Below, piece after piece: positions 39,401 through 50,979 of a stretch of 64,000 nucleotides of DNA. The notes beneath the pieces were generated by a model, which did no database searches, had not been told where the DNA came from, and was given only the letters and a program-made list of their open reading frames with translations. This DNA comes from Vermamoeba vermiformis (Eukaryota): assembly GCA_045837725.1 (NCBI GenBank), contig JBEWZL010000013.1, positions 186,001-250,000 of the forward strand. The letters run 5' to 3'. Position numbers and translations under genes: made by a program. The number at the start of each line of letters is the position of its first letter. Positions within the stretch are counted from its first letter, which is position 1.

Positions 39401-42400
39401 AAAAGAACGTGTACGAAGAGGCAGTGTACTTGGTGCAATTCCTGCGCGCTAAAGCGGGCAAGCAATTGTGGACCAACGAGGAGATCACCTTGAAGAAGAC
39501 AGAGATTCGCAGCACACAAGAGTTGACGGACCTCGTGCAAGCGATGTGCACTATCTTTGGAACTGACAAGGAGACTGTCGAGAACTGGGCCAGCCAAGCT
39601 CTCGGCTGGGCTCTTGGCGGTCTATCAATGCACATTCGCGGTCGCTCGTATCAAATCTATCGTGCCCTTAGCCCGAGCTTGAATCGTGAGGCGATGAACG
39701 AGCTGCTCGAGTCACTCTTGACATCTATCAGTGAAGTCAAGCGCAGTGAGAATCGTGCCTTGGCATTGGAAATCTTGTACACATTGCAGAGCATTGTCAA
39801 GAGCATGGACGCACAGAAGTTGATTCTGTTCCCGCAGATCTTTTGGTCCATGGCTGCTCTCCTGCACATGGACTACGAGCAGCATTACTTCAGTAAGTGC
39901 TGATAGATTCTATCGATCACGTTTAACAATGTTTTAGATGCTTTGAAGCTGCTGGGACAACTGTTTGACAAACTCAATTTCAACGACAAGTACATCCAAA
40001 ACGTGTTCTCGGCGAGCATTCCTAAGGATTGGTATGGACGACAAAGTAGATTTGTGCGGTATTAACACGTTACCTTGCAGGGATCCACCATTCAAAGGAT
40101 TGCAACCGTTGATTTTGAAGGGTCTCTTCTCCCCAATAAGCGAAGAGAAAGCGATCGAAGTGTTGTCAAAACTCACTTTGCTGCCATGTGATGCGATTAT
40201 TCACTCAGATCCTGGACGTGCCATTGTCAACTTGGTAAGCGGATTGCTACCATGCTACAAGCATTACTAACTAGCACAGATTGCTTTGTTGCCGTGGATC
40301 ATCACCATGTCCAGCAAGGGTCACTTGAGCGAATGTTCCAAAGCACTCACCAACCTAACTCAGTTGTGCACTACAAAGGGTTGGACAGAGCTCGGTGATG
40401 CATTCAAAGCATTGAGCAAATCCAAGTCTTCAGAGGGCTTCGATCAGTTCATGAATGACTTGCGCAAAGCACTCCCAAAGGTGATCTATCCCGACTACTG
40501 CTACTTCACTTTCACGTTCTTGTTTGCCATGCTCGATGAAGGTGTCGAGAAGTACCACAAAGCAGTGCTCTTGTTGCTTCAACTGTTGCTGCAAGACAAG
40601 TCCATTGTCGTGCAGTTGTCAACTCTGCCTCCTTCAGTCGTGATGGAATCCACCAGCAATCAACAAGGCTCGTCCAGTCCTCCAGGCACGCCACTCGCCC
40701 CTATTGTGCATTGGGTCGTGCAGTTGTGCAAGCAGCTACAAGGACCACACTGGGAATTGGCTCTGCCCATTCTGTCCAAGTACATGGCCACAGAGTCCAC
40801 TAACGTTGAAATCGCGTCCAACTTGCGCTCCTCCCGAGCACTCAGTGGCATGCCCAAGCTACCGATGGATCTCAATCAGTTCTTGAACAAGCCAGGCAAA
40901 GGTGTCTCGCACACTGCCATTAACTTGGACAAAGTTTTGTCCACTGAGTCACGCAAGAGAGCTCAGCTCGATCAGAGCACGTTGAGTTTGGTCAGCTCGT
41001 CTGAAGGCGATTCTGACTCGGAAGAGTCTTTGGACAGCGATTCATCTGTGGACGAGGATCAGTTGGGGTATGTCTGCTTGTGAATACGATTTTCGTACAT
41101 CAATTAACCTTTGCATTAGATTCTTGTTGAACGACAAAGAAGCTGAGCCTGAGGACATTGACAACTTCACCAATACTAACTTTGGACGGTTCCCGACTTT
41201 CAGAGGATTTGATGGTACGCTCGCCAAATCGAGTTAAAGCTAGCTCGTTACTAACACTTTATAGATCTTTTGGCCAAGTTAGAGTCGATTCCTCAAGACG
41301 CCAAAGATAGAGAACGTGAAGGCAAGGAGAAGGACAAGGAGAGCAAGGACAAAGACAAAGAAAAGGACAAAGATAAAGACAAGGATAGGGATCGAGAGGG
41401 CAAGGACAAGGCTGAAAGAGACAAGGCTGCTGTGCCAGTGTCACCGCGCAAACAAGTCGGCTCTTCATCAAGCAGAACACCGTCCAGTCCTCAAAAACAA
41501 TATCCGCGCAGCACATCGTCCAAGTATCCAACGAACGGCAGTGACTTCAGTGACAGCGGCAGTCAGTCTGGTGGCTCGTCGCCTTCAGGTACTCTGCGCC
41601 GCAAGTTCGCTATTTCGTTCGACAACAAACTCTTGAAGACCACCAAGTACGTATAGTCATATTAGTGTGTAAATAAGGTTCTAATTGATACACAGGAAAT
41701 GGCGTCGCTTGGCAGCACAAAAGACCTTCCCGCACACTGCAGAGCTGTTCGCTATCTTCCCAGTGGTGAATCAGCTGATGGATCTGCTGCAGGTCGATTA
41801 CAAGTCAGCCTATCAGAATGTGTTCAAGACCTTCAAGACTGACATCAAGTCGCAAATCTACTCGCCCACATTGAAGGGCGACAGTCCGCTCTACAACTCA
41901 CTGTTGAAACAAATCCCTGAAATGATGTTCAGTCTCGTGACCACTAAATACAATCAACGCTTGAGAGTAAGTGACACTTGTGACACGTGTCATTCGCGAG
42001 TACTAATGACTTAACAGACTGACTCATCGTTCCAACAAACATTCCTGGAGCAGCGTGCCAAGCTCATTCAAGATTTCTCGCAGCAGCAAATGACGTACAC
42101 CGAGGGCCGTGTCAAGGTCGAAGAAGTCAAAGCACAAGTGCACGAGACGGCGCTGAGTGAGGAGGAACAAATCAAGCTGGAGAAACAACTCGCCCTCGCA
42201 CTGTGCAACTTGCACTCACAGCTGTTGCAGTGCACCAAGGTCTATCTCTCGCTGCAGCAGTTAGTGCAGGACATTCTCAAGCAAGAAACGGTGAGTAGTG
42301 ATACGAGGACTCAATTGATTGATACAGTGATATTAACGAACTCGGCTACAGGCTGAAGACCAAGAAGTCAAGACAAAGATCATCACTGAAGAGATCCGAA

Positions 42401-42516
42401 AGAACCGCGAGGTTGTGGACAAGATCTTGGGCAATAATTCACCGCCCGCAATTGAAGTGACTAAGACTGCTACTTCGAAGAGCGATGCTAAATCTACTAG
42501 CAAGAGCAACAAATAG
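33472..42516 (+). CDS. FRY: Furry/Tao3/MOR2-PAG1 cell-morphogenesis scaffold
   Basis: SPSDFVIKILLDEFKTQTRKKI; LYAKILGSLSQFRF; QMLTCLIPWIENLDL; HLPIIFQLAFLGMDYPQPVVYENCRIILLNL; RGRSYQIYRAL; FPQIFWSMAALLHMDYE; PFKGLQPLILKGL. Confidence 0.92.
41290..41425 (+). repeat. KD/KE dipeptide low-complexity tract within Furry
   Basis: Encodes KDKESKDKDKEKDKDKDKDRDRE. Confidence 0.8.
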
Positions 42517-42660
42517 GCTGTATAATTATGGCCTCGTTCATTTATTTAATTGTACTATCCTGTAAATAAACTCGACAAATGATCATTTCATTCGACTGTT
42601 CAGCCAGTGATTAAAAACAACAAGCGACAACAAAACCAACTGATCAAAAAAAAAATCGAT

Positions 42661-43253
42661 ATGAATTATCCACACTATTACCCATTATTACCTCCACCGC
42701 CACCCGTGTTACAACGCGCGGATCTGGAAAGAATGAATAAATCCTCAAAAAAATCGAATAATTCTCAACAGCCACACCTTAGTCCATTCTATTATATGGA
42801 CCCTCAATACCAATATTTCAATCAATACCAAAATTACTACACTCAGAATTATTCAAACTATTATTATCCTCCATACCCAGCACAGCCTCAACAACAGTAC
42901 TACGCTCATAACAATACTGATGATTATGAAGAAGTAGAAGAGGAGGTTGAAGAGGATGAAGATGAAGGCACATGGGTGTTGACAGATGAGGCTATTGCTT
43001 TGTTCGCAGCAGGTGAAGAGCGCAGAAGACAACGTGAGTAATGAGCGCTATTTAAACACTACAGCATTAATATTAACGCGCACTTTGACTAGGGAAGAAG
43101 CAGCAAGAAGAAGACGAGAAAAAGCTGCGCGCAGAAGAAATATTTGCCGAACTTGAGGCACGCAATCAAGGGCGCGAATTCATTAACAAGAATAACAATA
43201 GTGGTAGCAATGATAATAGTGCTCATAATGAGGAGGAGAAGGCAACCAAGTGA
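42661..43253 (+). CDS. Small Y/P/Q-rich and acidic protein, weakly Gemin8-like; 3' exon frame uncertain
   Basis: ORF with YYPPYP repeats, then EEEVEEDEDEGTWVLTDEAIALFAAGEERRRQR. Two candidate donors give alternative ends at 43253 or 43353. Confidence 0.55.
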
Positions 43254-43514
43254 TGAAACGACGTATTTTTCGGGAACACCCTTGTCTAACACGATTGATA
43301 CGAATGTCATTGTGCAAAGAGTGATATTGTGCTCAGCATCAGAGAGCACTTGATTATTACCAGCTTCAGTATCACAATCAGTTTGAGTACTATTGAAGGA
43401 CACATTCAACGGGTACAATAAACAATGCCTGTTTTAATGCTAGTATAATGGTTTATCAGACACTCGTAGATATTTACAATTCAGTGAATGAGATCACGTG
43501 ATTCAGCCTTAGTC

Positions 43515-44742
43515 TCACTGCTCGCTGTGCTTGCTCGGCAATTGCATCACTTTTTCAGTGTGCCACTCGATGTTGTGCACGTTGTGGATTGTTTCCCACT
43601 CCTTCTTGATCACCTCTGCCATTTCCTAATATAGACATCAGTGTTATGGCATAGTCATTGGCTGCAATTGGACGTACCTCCGCTGAGCGGAACTCGGACC
43701 AGTTGACGCGAATGACAGGAATCACGCGCGAGATGTCCTTCAAGAACTCTTCGTAGGCATCGTACAAGTTCTTCAAGTACTGCAGTTCAATGCCTGCCTC
43801 GCACTCGCGATTTCTGTGAATGAATGACACGTGTCAACAAAAGTGTCAACACGAACACCTGCTACTGACCTCATTTTAATGCGACGCATGCTCTCTTCAG
43901 GCTTGACATCGAGGTGAATGATCTGTTCGCAGTGGTGAGTATTTGATTGCCTAATTTGGGCAGCCAATTACCAAATTCGGCTTGCGCATGAAGTTGGCCA
44001 TGTTGTTGAAGAGTTCCATGTAGGTCTGATAGTCACGGTCGTCCATCATTCCGGAATTTCGCAACATCTGCGCGTGGTGTTAATTACCAAATAAGGTAAC
44101 GTTAATTATGGACCATCACTCACCTTCGCGAAAATTGAGTCCTCGTAGATTGTGCTAGAATGAGCACGTGTGTTAGGCTCGATATGGAGTCATATTGATA
44201 TCATTCGTACCGATCTTGCACGCCACCCTTGCCTTGCCAGATGATCTGCTGGTGTTGACGGAATCGTTTGTTCAGCAAAAAGATCTGAAATATGTCGGTT
44301 AGTGGGTGGCATGAATAAGCTGCAATTGTCTTACTTGAAGAGGAAATGCATATTTTTTCATGTCTTTGTAGAAATCAGCCAAGTACGTGTTGTCAATAAC
44401 GCCTTCGAAGTGCGATCCGAGTTAAGGGACGAATAAATATTGCCTTGTATTATTAAATTGCAATAAAAAATAACAGTTGAAAGGATATGTATACAGGAAG
44501 ACCTAAAATAATAAAGATTTAGCACAAAATTAATGAAGTTTAATTTCAATCGAATAAACTCACCCATGATGTTCGCTAATGAAGTAGCCAAAGTCGTTTT
44601 TCCAGCGCCGATGAGGCCACTAATACCTAAGGGCAATATGATTAAATACTCGGGCAGTGGGGTCAGATTCAACCGTTGGATCCGCAACTGCTTCGTTCAA
44701 CTTTAATGGCTCGGTGAACTTACCAATAAAAATATTTTCCAT
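43515..44742 (-). CDS. Deoxynucleoside kinase (dAK/dGK type)
   Basis: MENIFI-GISGLIGAGKTTLA...GLPVY-FEGVIDNTYLADFYKDMKKYAFPLQ-IFLLNKRFRQHQ...VQDR-TIYEDSIF...RNRECEAGIELQYLKNLYDAY. Confidence 0.95.
44410..44488 (-). other. U12-type (minor spliceosome) AT-AC intron, 79 nt
   Basis: 5' site ATATCCTTTC, branch TCCCTTAAC, terminal AC 11 nt after the branch motif. Removal restores GLPVY|FEGVID. Confidence 0.93.
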
Positions 44743-45023
44743 ATTGAATTAATTTGTGGTTGCTAACACGCGTAGTAATCTTCGAATGTGACCGTTGCAA
44801 GTTTGAATTTTGAGCGGGACTTGCCTAATTGGGAAATGTACTATAGACCTACAACACTAGTGCCGAGTTGATTATGAACATATATAGTTTATTACTAAAT
44901 TCACAAAATTGATGCAAGAGTGTCCTAATCACTACCCGACCCACGCAACCAGATCTTTAATGATCTGCTAGTCAAATTCAGTACGCGATGAGAGCCCTCT
45001 CGCACCTAACATGAGCTGGTGCA

Positions 45024-46033
45024 TTAGTGCACCTTGGAAAGCTTCTGCAGCACTTCACGCATGCGCGAGGTGTCACGCTTGGCGACAGGTCGTTCGTTGG
45101 AGGCAGTGGGGTTAGCAGCGTTCTTGTTGTTCTGTGCCGTGAGCTTGGCGTTGTGTTCAACAATTGTCAGCACGCGCGACCAATCAGCGCCTGTCTCGTC
45201 ACCTTCGCTCTTGTGGCTAGCTTGCAGCGTGGCTTCGTGCTCCCTGACAGACATTTTGAGAACTCACTCGGAGCAGTAAATAGCAGCGTATTCAAATAGT
45301 GTTGGTTAAATGCATAAAATGAAATGATAATATTTTAAATCGGGTATTATTGGATAAATGTGCCGTTGATTGCTGAAAAGATATTTCGACGATAAATTGA
45401 TGGAACAATTAACGTACTTGTTCTTGGCCTTATTAGCCTTGATATGCTTCTCACGGTCCTCGTTAATTTTTTTGAGCTCTTCTTTAGCGGCATCTCGTAC
45501 GCGAGCTTGTCTTTCCTCAGATTTCGAAGCCTTCTCTTTCAATTCTCTTTCGTGATCCTCTTTCCATTGACTAAAAATATACTTGTTATTATTATTGCGT
45601 ATTATATTGGATTTGACGTTAATTTTCTTTTTAATTTTCGAAATTGTTTGAAAAATATTTTCATACAGGAAAGAAGGAGCCTCGTAATCGTCTTTCTTAG
45701 GGAATCCCCAAGGATTAATAGCGGAGGACTTAGAAGTATCGTTAGTTGCAAAAGGTGATGAAGGAATTGAGCCTTGGTTAGATCCAGGAGTCGGATTGGT
45801 ATTAACTGCAGATGAGGGCAAAGAACTGGGCTGAATAGTCGTCAAAGGCGACATAAATTCATTGCCAGGTGTTTGAACACCGACCACTGGGCTCGCAAAT
45901 GAGATATCATCGTGAGTTTGGATCGGGAGAGATGGCTTGATCAGCGGCAGGAGTTCCAAAGATACTTGCTGCAATAACATTATGAGTCAATTGTCGAGAG
46001 TACAGTCACCAGTAACGTACCGTCAAAAGACAT
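45024..46033 (-). CDS. CLC: Clathrin light chain
   Basis: S/P-rich N-terminus; QWKEDHERELKEKASKSEERQARVRDAAKEEL...KAKNK; DWSRVLTIV; RDTSRMREVL. Confidence 0.85.
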
Positions 46034-46204
46034 GGTGGTGTGTTGATTTTGAATGGCGGTGAAAATAATTGAACAAAACTCGCTTACGTCGCGGCTTTTA
46101 TTTTTATCGAGCAACGTAGTGCGGTGACATTATTCATAATTTTGTAATTACACGCAGCAACACTACGTATTAATATAGAACACTCGGCTCGCACAATATA
46201 CACA

Positions 46205-47507
46205 ATGGTAATTATAATATTGCTATCTTTGAGCTAACTTGATTTTGTGGCGTAATAACGAGCTAATAATTTATTATTATTTAACTATAGTCCACGAGCG
46301 TTGCTACATTTGACACACAACATGATGATATGATCGTAAGTCAAATTGAAATTTTTCCATCATTTTTAGATCTTTATTTTTTTTTTCAATACGCAACGAA
46401 GCGCAATAATGTTGCGAAGTAATTTTATGAATCAATGAAATACCAAATAATAAAATAATATTGAATTTAATTCGTGATATTTACCCTTTCAAAAAGCATG
46501 ATGCACAGATGGACTATTATGGAAAACGACTGGCGACTTGCTCATCAGACAAAACAATCAAAATATTCGATGTCACCAGCGGCACACCTACACAAACAGC
46601 TGAATTGGTCGGGTAAGGCGGATCTGTTCTGCAACCAGCACGTGCATGGAGACTAACGCAGCTTGCACCAGTCACGAAGGACCAGTCTGGCAAGTAGCGT
46701 GGGCTCATCCCAAGTTCGGCTCTGTCATTGCCTCGTGCTCGTACGACCGCAAGGTGATCATCTGGCGCGAGAACGACGGCACCAACTCGTGGGTGCGCGT
46801 GTACGAACACAAAGTGCACGAGCTGTCAGTCAACTCACTCGTCTGGGCACCGTGGGAGTACGGACTCATGCTCGCGTGCGGCTCCTCTGACGGCACTATT
46901 TCAGTGCTCAGTCACCGCACTGAGTCCCCGAATGAGTGGCGTGTCGAGCGATTTGAAGCACACACACCGGGCGTGTTGGCAGTCAGCTGGGCACCCTCTA
47001 CTAGCCCTGCAGCTCTCGTGCAGAGCGGTGGCTCACCTAATGTCGCTCCTCCTCGTCTCGTGTCTGGTGGCTGCGACGCCCTCGTGAAGATTTGGAAGCC
47101 AAAGACTGCAGACCCCAGTCAAGGCTCTAGCTGGGAATGCGATGCAGTGCTGAAAGAACACAACGACTGGGTGCGCGATGTGGCCTGGGCTCCGAGCATT
47201 GGTCTGCCCACCACGAGCATTGCTTCAGCCTCACAGGTATGTACTGTCCATCTGTCACTGTGCAATCTATCTCACTCGCGAATAGGACGGCACAGTGGTG
47301 ATTTGGAGCAATCAAGATCACCTCACATCGACGAATTGGACTAAAAAGGTCCTGGATAAATTCCCAGAGACTGTCTGGCGTGTCAGTTGGAGTGTCACGG
47401 GCAACATTTTGGCAGTCAGCAGTGGCGACAACAAAGTTACATTGTGGAAAGAATCGCTGGGCGAGTACAAGTGTATCAATGTGATTGAAGACAATCAACA
47501 GAAATAA
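46205..47507 (+). CDS. SEC13: COPII/nucleoporin WD40 protein Sec13
   Basis: [104 protein letters not shown]. Confidence 0.98.
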
Positions 47508-47740
47508 CCCTGAACAACTTTTTGAACCAGATCTAGCTCTTAGAACAAACTCGAAATAATTTCAACCAACTCGTAGTGGTCTTGATCTGTGCACTGCAGA
47601 TCACGAGTGCTACACCAAATTGTGATTTATTATATAAATATTACCCTTTCAATCCATTTGAATGCTTTGAAGTCAAAATCATTCGGATCCAAATTTATCT
47701 ATTTACACATAGTACAAAAAGTATTAACAACGATGCGATG

Positions 47741-48272
47741 TTATGTAAACATCCACTTGGTAGCATAGAATACTAATGCTACAGTGCCTAGTACGCAGCT
47801 CAATATGGCAGGAATGCGCGCGAGTGGATTGGAGGATTTCAAGTAGAATGGACCAAACACCCACATTACATTGAAAAATAGGCCAGTTAAAAATCTGCGC
47901 AAATTTTTGTCAGCCAAAATTATTGCCTGAAAAGTCTAAGAGTAGCTCTTACATTAAAAAAGATAAGTAAGGATCGACGAAACCTTCTGGAGCATTCGGA
48001 ACGGTGCTAAATCCTCCATTGCCAATATTCTTAATTAGGTCTTGCCTGGTAAGTAATCCATTTAATTAAATAATCACGTGGAAATTTAAAATAATTTTAA
48101 TCGTTACATCTGGTTTGGCTTATTCAGGTCTATGTACGCAGCTCGCACTTTAAATTCAGGAATATCAGTTACAATATTACTGCGATTTTTCTAACGATGA
48201 ATCGCGTTAGTAGGAGCGAAAAAGGACTGAGATGCAGCGACAAATTACCGCAACACTGGGATCGGCCTCCAT
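47741..48272 (-). CDS. Small two-TM membrane protein, about 117 aa, 4 exons
   Basis: MEADPSVA-KNRSNIVTDIPEFKVRAAYIDLNKPNQM-QDLIK...DPYLSFLI-FLTGLFFNVMWVFGPFYLKSSNPLARIPAILSCVLGTVALVFYATKWMFT*. All introns GT-AG and phase-compatible; absent from the ORF track. Confidence 0.75.
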
Positions 48273-48414
48273 TATTTTAGCAAAGGACAGCAAAGAGTGC
48301 ACAATCTATCGAACAGATATTCCTTGTGTAATTCTTGATCGTCGGTTTCAGAGAAGATCATTAGAAATCGCGTGGAATTAATTCAGAGATCTTGGTCAAA
48401 CTTCGGCAAATTCG

Positions 48415-50812
48415 ATGTTTTCTGACATAACAAAGAAGAAACAATTTCTGCGGCACTTGGTGACACACAATCAACGCGACATTTCACTACCAATAGAAAA
48501 CTCGCCCTTTTTCGCTGCATTTCTTAAAAGTTCAGGCTGGATGTTAAGTTTCAAATTAGATCGGAAACAAAACACCACAAGAGAGCAAAAAGTTCTCGTG
48601 TTTTCACGATATTACCACTACTTATACCCACAGTTATTTATGAACGCTTTTCAGCCGATTGAAACGTCATTTGTAAAGACGTCAGAGAACGGATGGAATC
48701 TCACACCAAAAGGCTCGCCGCGGTCACCACGTCGCAGAGAATTGAGTCCTCATAAGTCCTCTCTTAGCCCCAAATCAGCACACAACTCACCCAAATGTAA
48801 GTTCAGCTCTAAATCTAATTATTAAATCGCCAGCGGAACATTTCGGGCCGGCTGCCGCGTTTTATCAGTAAATTATGAAATCTAAACTCGCGGTTGCGCT
48901 CCATACTAATCAAATATGAATACTAACTCATTGGTATCTGCAGTACTGGTCTCAGTGCGCGACCTCAAAATGCCGCAACACGGTTTTGCAAAAGGACCGC
49001 TGCTTTCTACGTCTCAAATTCATCATGAAGCTGTAAGTGCACCACTCTAGGTTAAATATACTCCTTGTATACTAATAAGATCGTATCACAGATCAAATTA
49101 GAAAACATTATGTCGAACAAAACACTGCTGACAGATTCAGACATTCGATATCTGTTTCAAACCATTGGCTTGCCTAAATTTTGTGCGCGCCCATTGATAG
49201 ACAAGCTCAATGGTGTCTCTGAAGAATACATCGACTATACGAAGAAAAGAACTGCCATTGAAGAGTACGCCAAGACCGTCTCATCCGAAGTATTTAGAAA
49301 GTTTTGGGAAGAGAATTTGAAGTACTTTGATAATGTTAGACGAGTATTCAATCTGATTAGACACCCCACTCGCGATTATATCATTCCGAACGATTTTGAG
49401 CCCATTTTCAAAGGTAAACTCAGATGTGCTGACAAAATTAGAGCAAGTTTCTGGAATACTGACCGAATTTAATTATTAGAAATTCTAAATACTCACCCTG
49501 GTCTCGCCCCATTGAAGAGTGCCCCTGAATATCAAAACAGATACAGTACGTTCAAGACAAAGTAGTTTTTGCCATTTATGGAAATATTAATAATCTTTCA
49601 TTACTTTGCAGAGGAAGCAACCATTGCCAGAATATTTTATACTGTGTCCAGGTCATGGAGGAACAGAATCACTTTGAGTGATCTGCGCGCGAAGAAAGCT
49701 CATTTTGTAGAAAGTTTTTTGTCGCTGGAGAAACACAACGACATTCTGACTGTAAGTAGTTATAGTTGATATACTATATCGTATATTAAGCAAATCATTC
49801 AAAGACTTTTAGATCGAATCAGATTCTCTTGAAAATACGTGAATTCGTATAAAAATTAACCGCTCGTATTTTTAGAAACCGGAGCCCTTCGACTACATGT
49901 CCTATTACATTATATTATGCAAGTTCTGCGAGCTCGACGCTGACAGAGATCAACGCATCACTAAGGAAGAGCTGTTGCGCTACAGCAATTACTCGCTCAC
50001 CACACGCATTGTCGATCGCATCTTCGAAGTGTGTCGATTCTCTTACCCTGGTGCTCCTGGCTATCAAGGAAATAAGAACTACTTTAATTTTGCTGACTTT
50101 GCTTGTAAGTATCTCAACCAGCTTATAATTTCAAGAACAAGACTCTAACTAACTGATCTTATTTTAGGGTTCTTACTGTCAGAAGAAGACAAGACGACTG
50201 ATGCATCGATCAATATGTGGTTCAAGTGCATCGATATCAATGGCCAGCACTACTTGACACCAGCGGATCTGTACTACTTTTACGAAGAACAAATGGACAA
50301 GATGGAGCTCTCAGGCATGGAAGTCATTCCTTATCAACAAGCACACGTGCAAATGTAAGTACTCGATGTATATTGGCGTTAAAAGACGTAACTAACATAG
50401 CCTCAGACTGGACATGCTGCATCCAAAAGACGAGTCGCGCATCACCCTCGAAGACATCAAGAAGAGTGGTGTGGCCTCAATGTTCTTCAATTTGCTCTTT
50501 AATGCCAACAAATTCATCGAAGAAGAGAGCAGATTTGCGACACGTGCCAAGCGCAATGGCGGTTACAGCGACTGGATGAAGTTCGCGAGCAAACAATACG
50601 AACTCGCGCTGCAAATTGACCGCGCGGAACACGCTGCCAAACAGAAGCACACTGCGCGCTCATTCCAAGAGGCCGTGAATGCTGAAGGTCTCGCCCCGCA
50701 CATGGAGTACGACGAGAACAGCGACAGCGACGAGGACATGGAGACCTTGGCTGGCGAGTACGACGATGACTCGGGTGATGAGGACTTGAACATCATGCGC
50801 GGTGATCGTTAA
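48415..50812 (+). CDS. PP2A regulatory subunit B'' (PR72/PPP2R3 family, EF-hand)
   Basis: ILNTHPGLAPL...YQNRY; TIARIFYTVSRSWRNRITLSDL; YYIILCKFCELDADRDQRITKEEL; LLSEEDKTTDASINMWFKCIDING; ITLEDIKKSG...FFNLLFNANKF; SDWMKFA. Confidence 0.92.
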
Positions 50813-50979
50813 AACAATTTTGTAACAAATAATCGAACCATAATCATGTAAATAGTTGCGAACAAAAAAAAATCAAAATAACAAAATCAAATAACAAAAA
50901 AATGTAAATAAAATTTACAACGCGAAATTAATTTGTACAAGCGTAACGATGGTATTATATATTATAAGACTAGCGGTGA

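Noticed and set aside
45900-45975. Apparent frameshift at the start of clathrin light chain exon 2
   Set aside because: Using the AAG acceptor 4 nt downstream of the CAG restores frame; a 1-nt assembly error is also possible. No special mechanism is needed.
47540-47700. Exon-like blocks downstream of the small membrane gene
   Set aside because: Phase-consistent splicing ends within a few codons; most likely 3' UTR.
48232-48414. Upstream in-frame ORF separated from PP2A B'' by a single TAA (possible readthrough)
   Set aside because: It overlaps the first exon and promoter of the minus-strand small membrane gene and shows no B''-like sequence.
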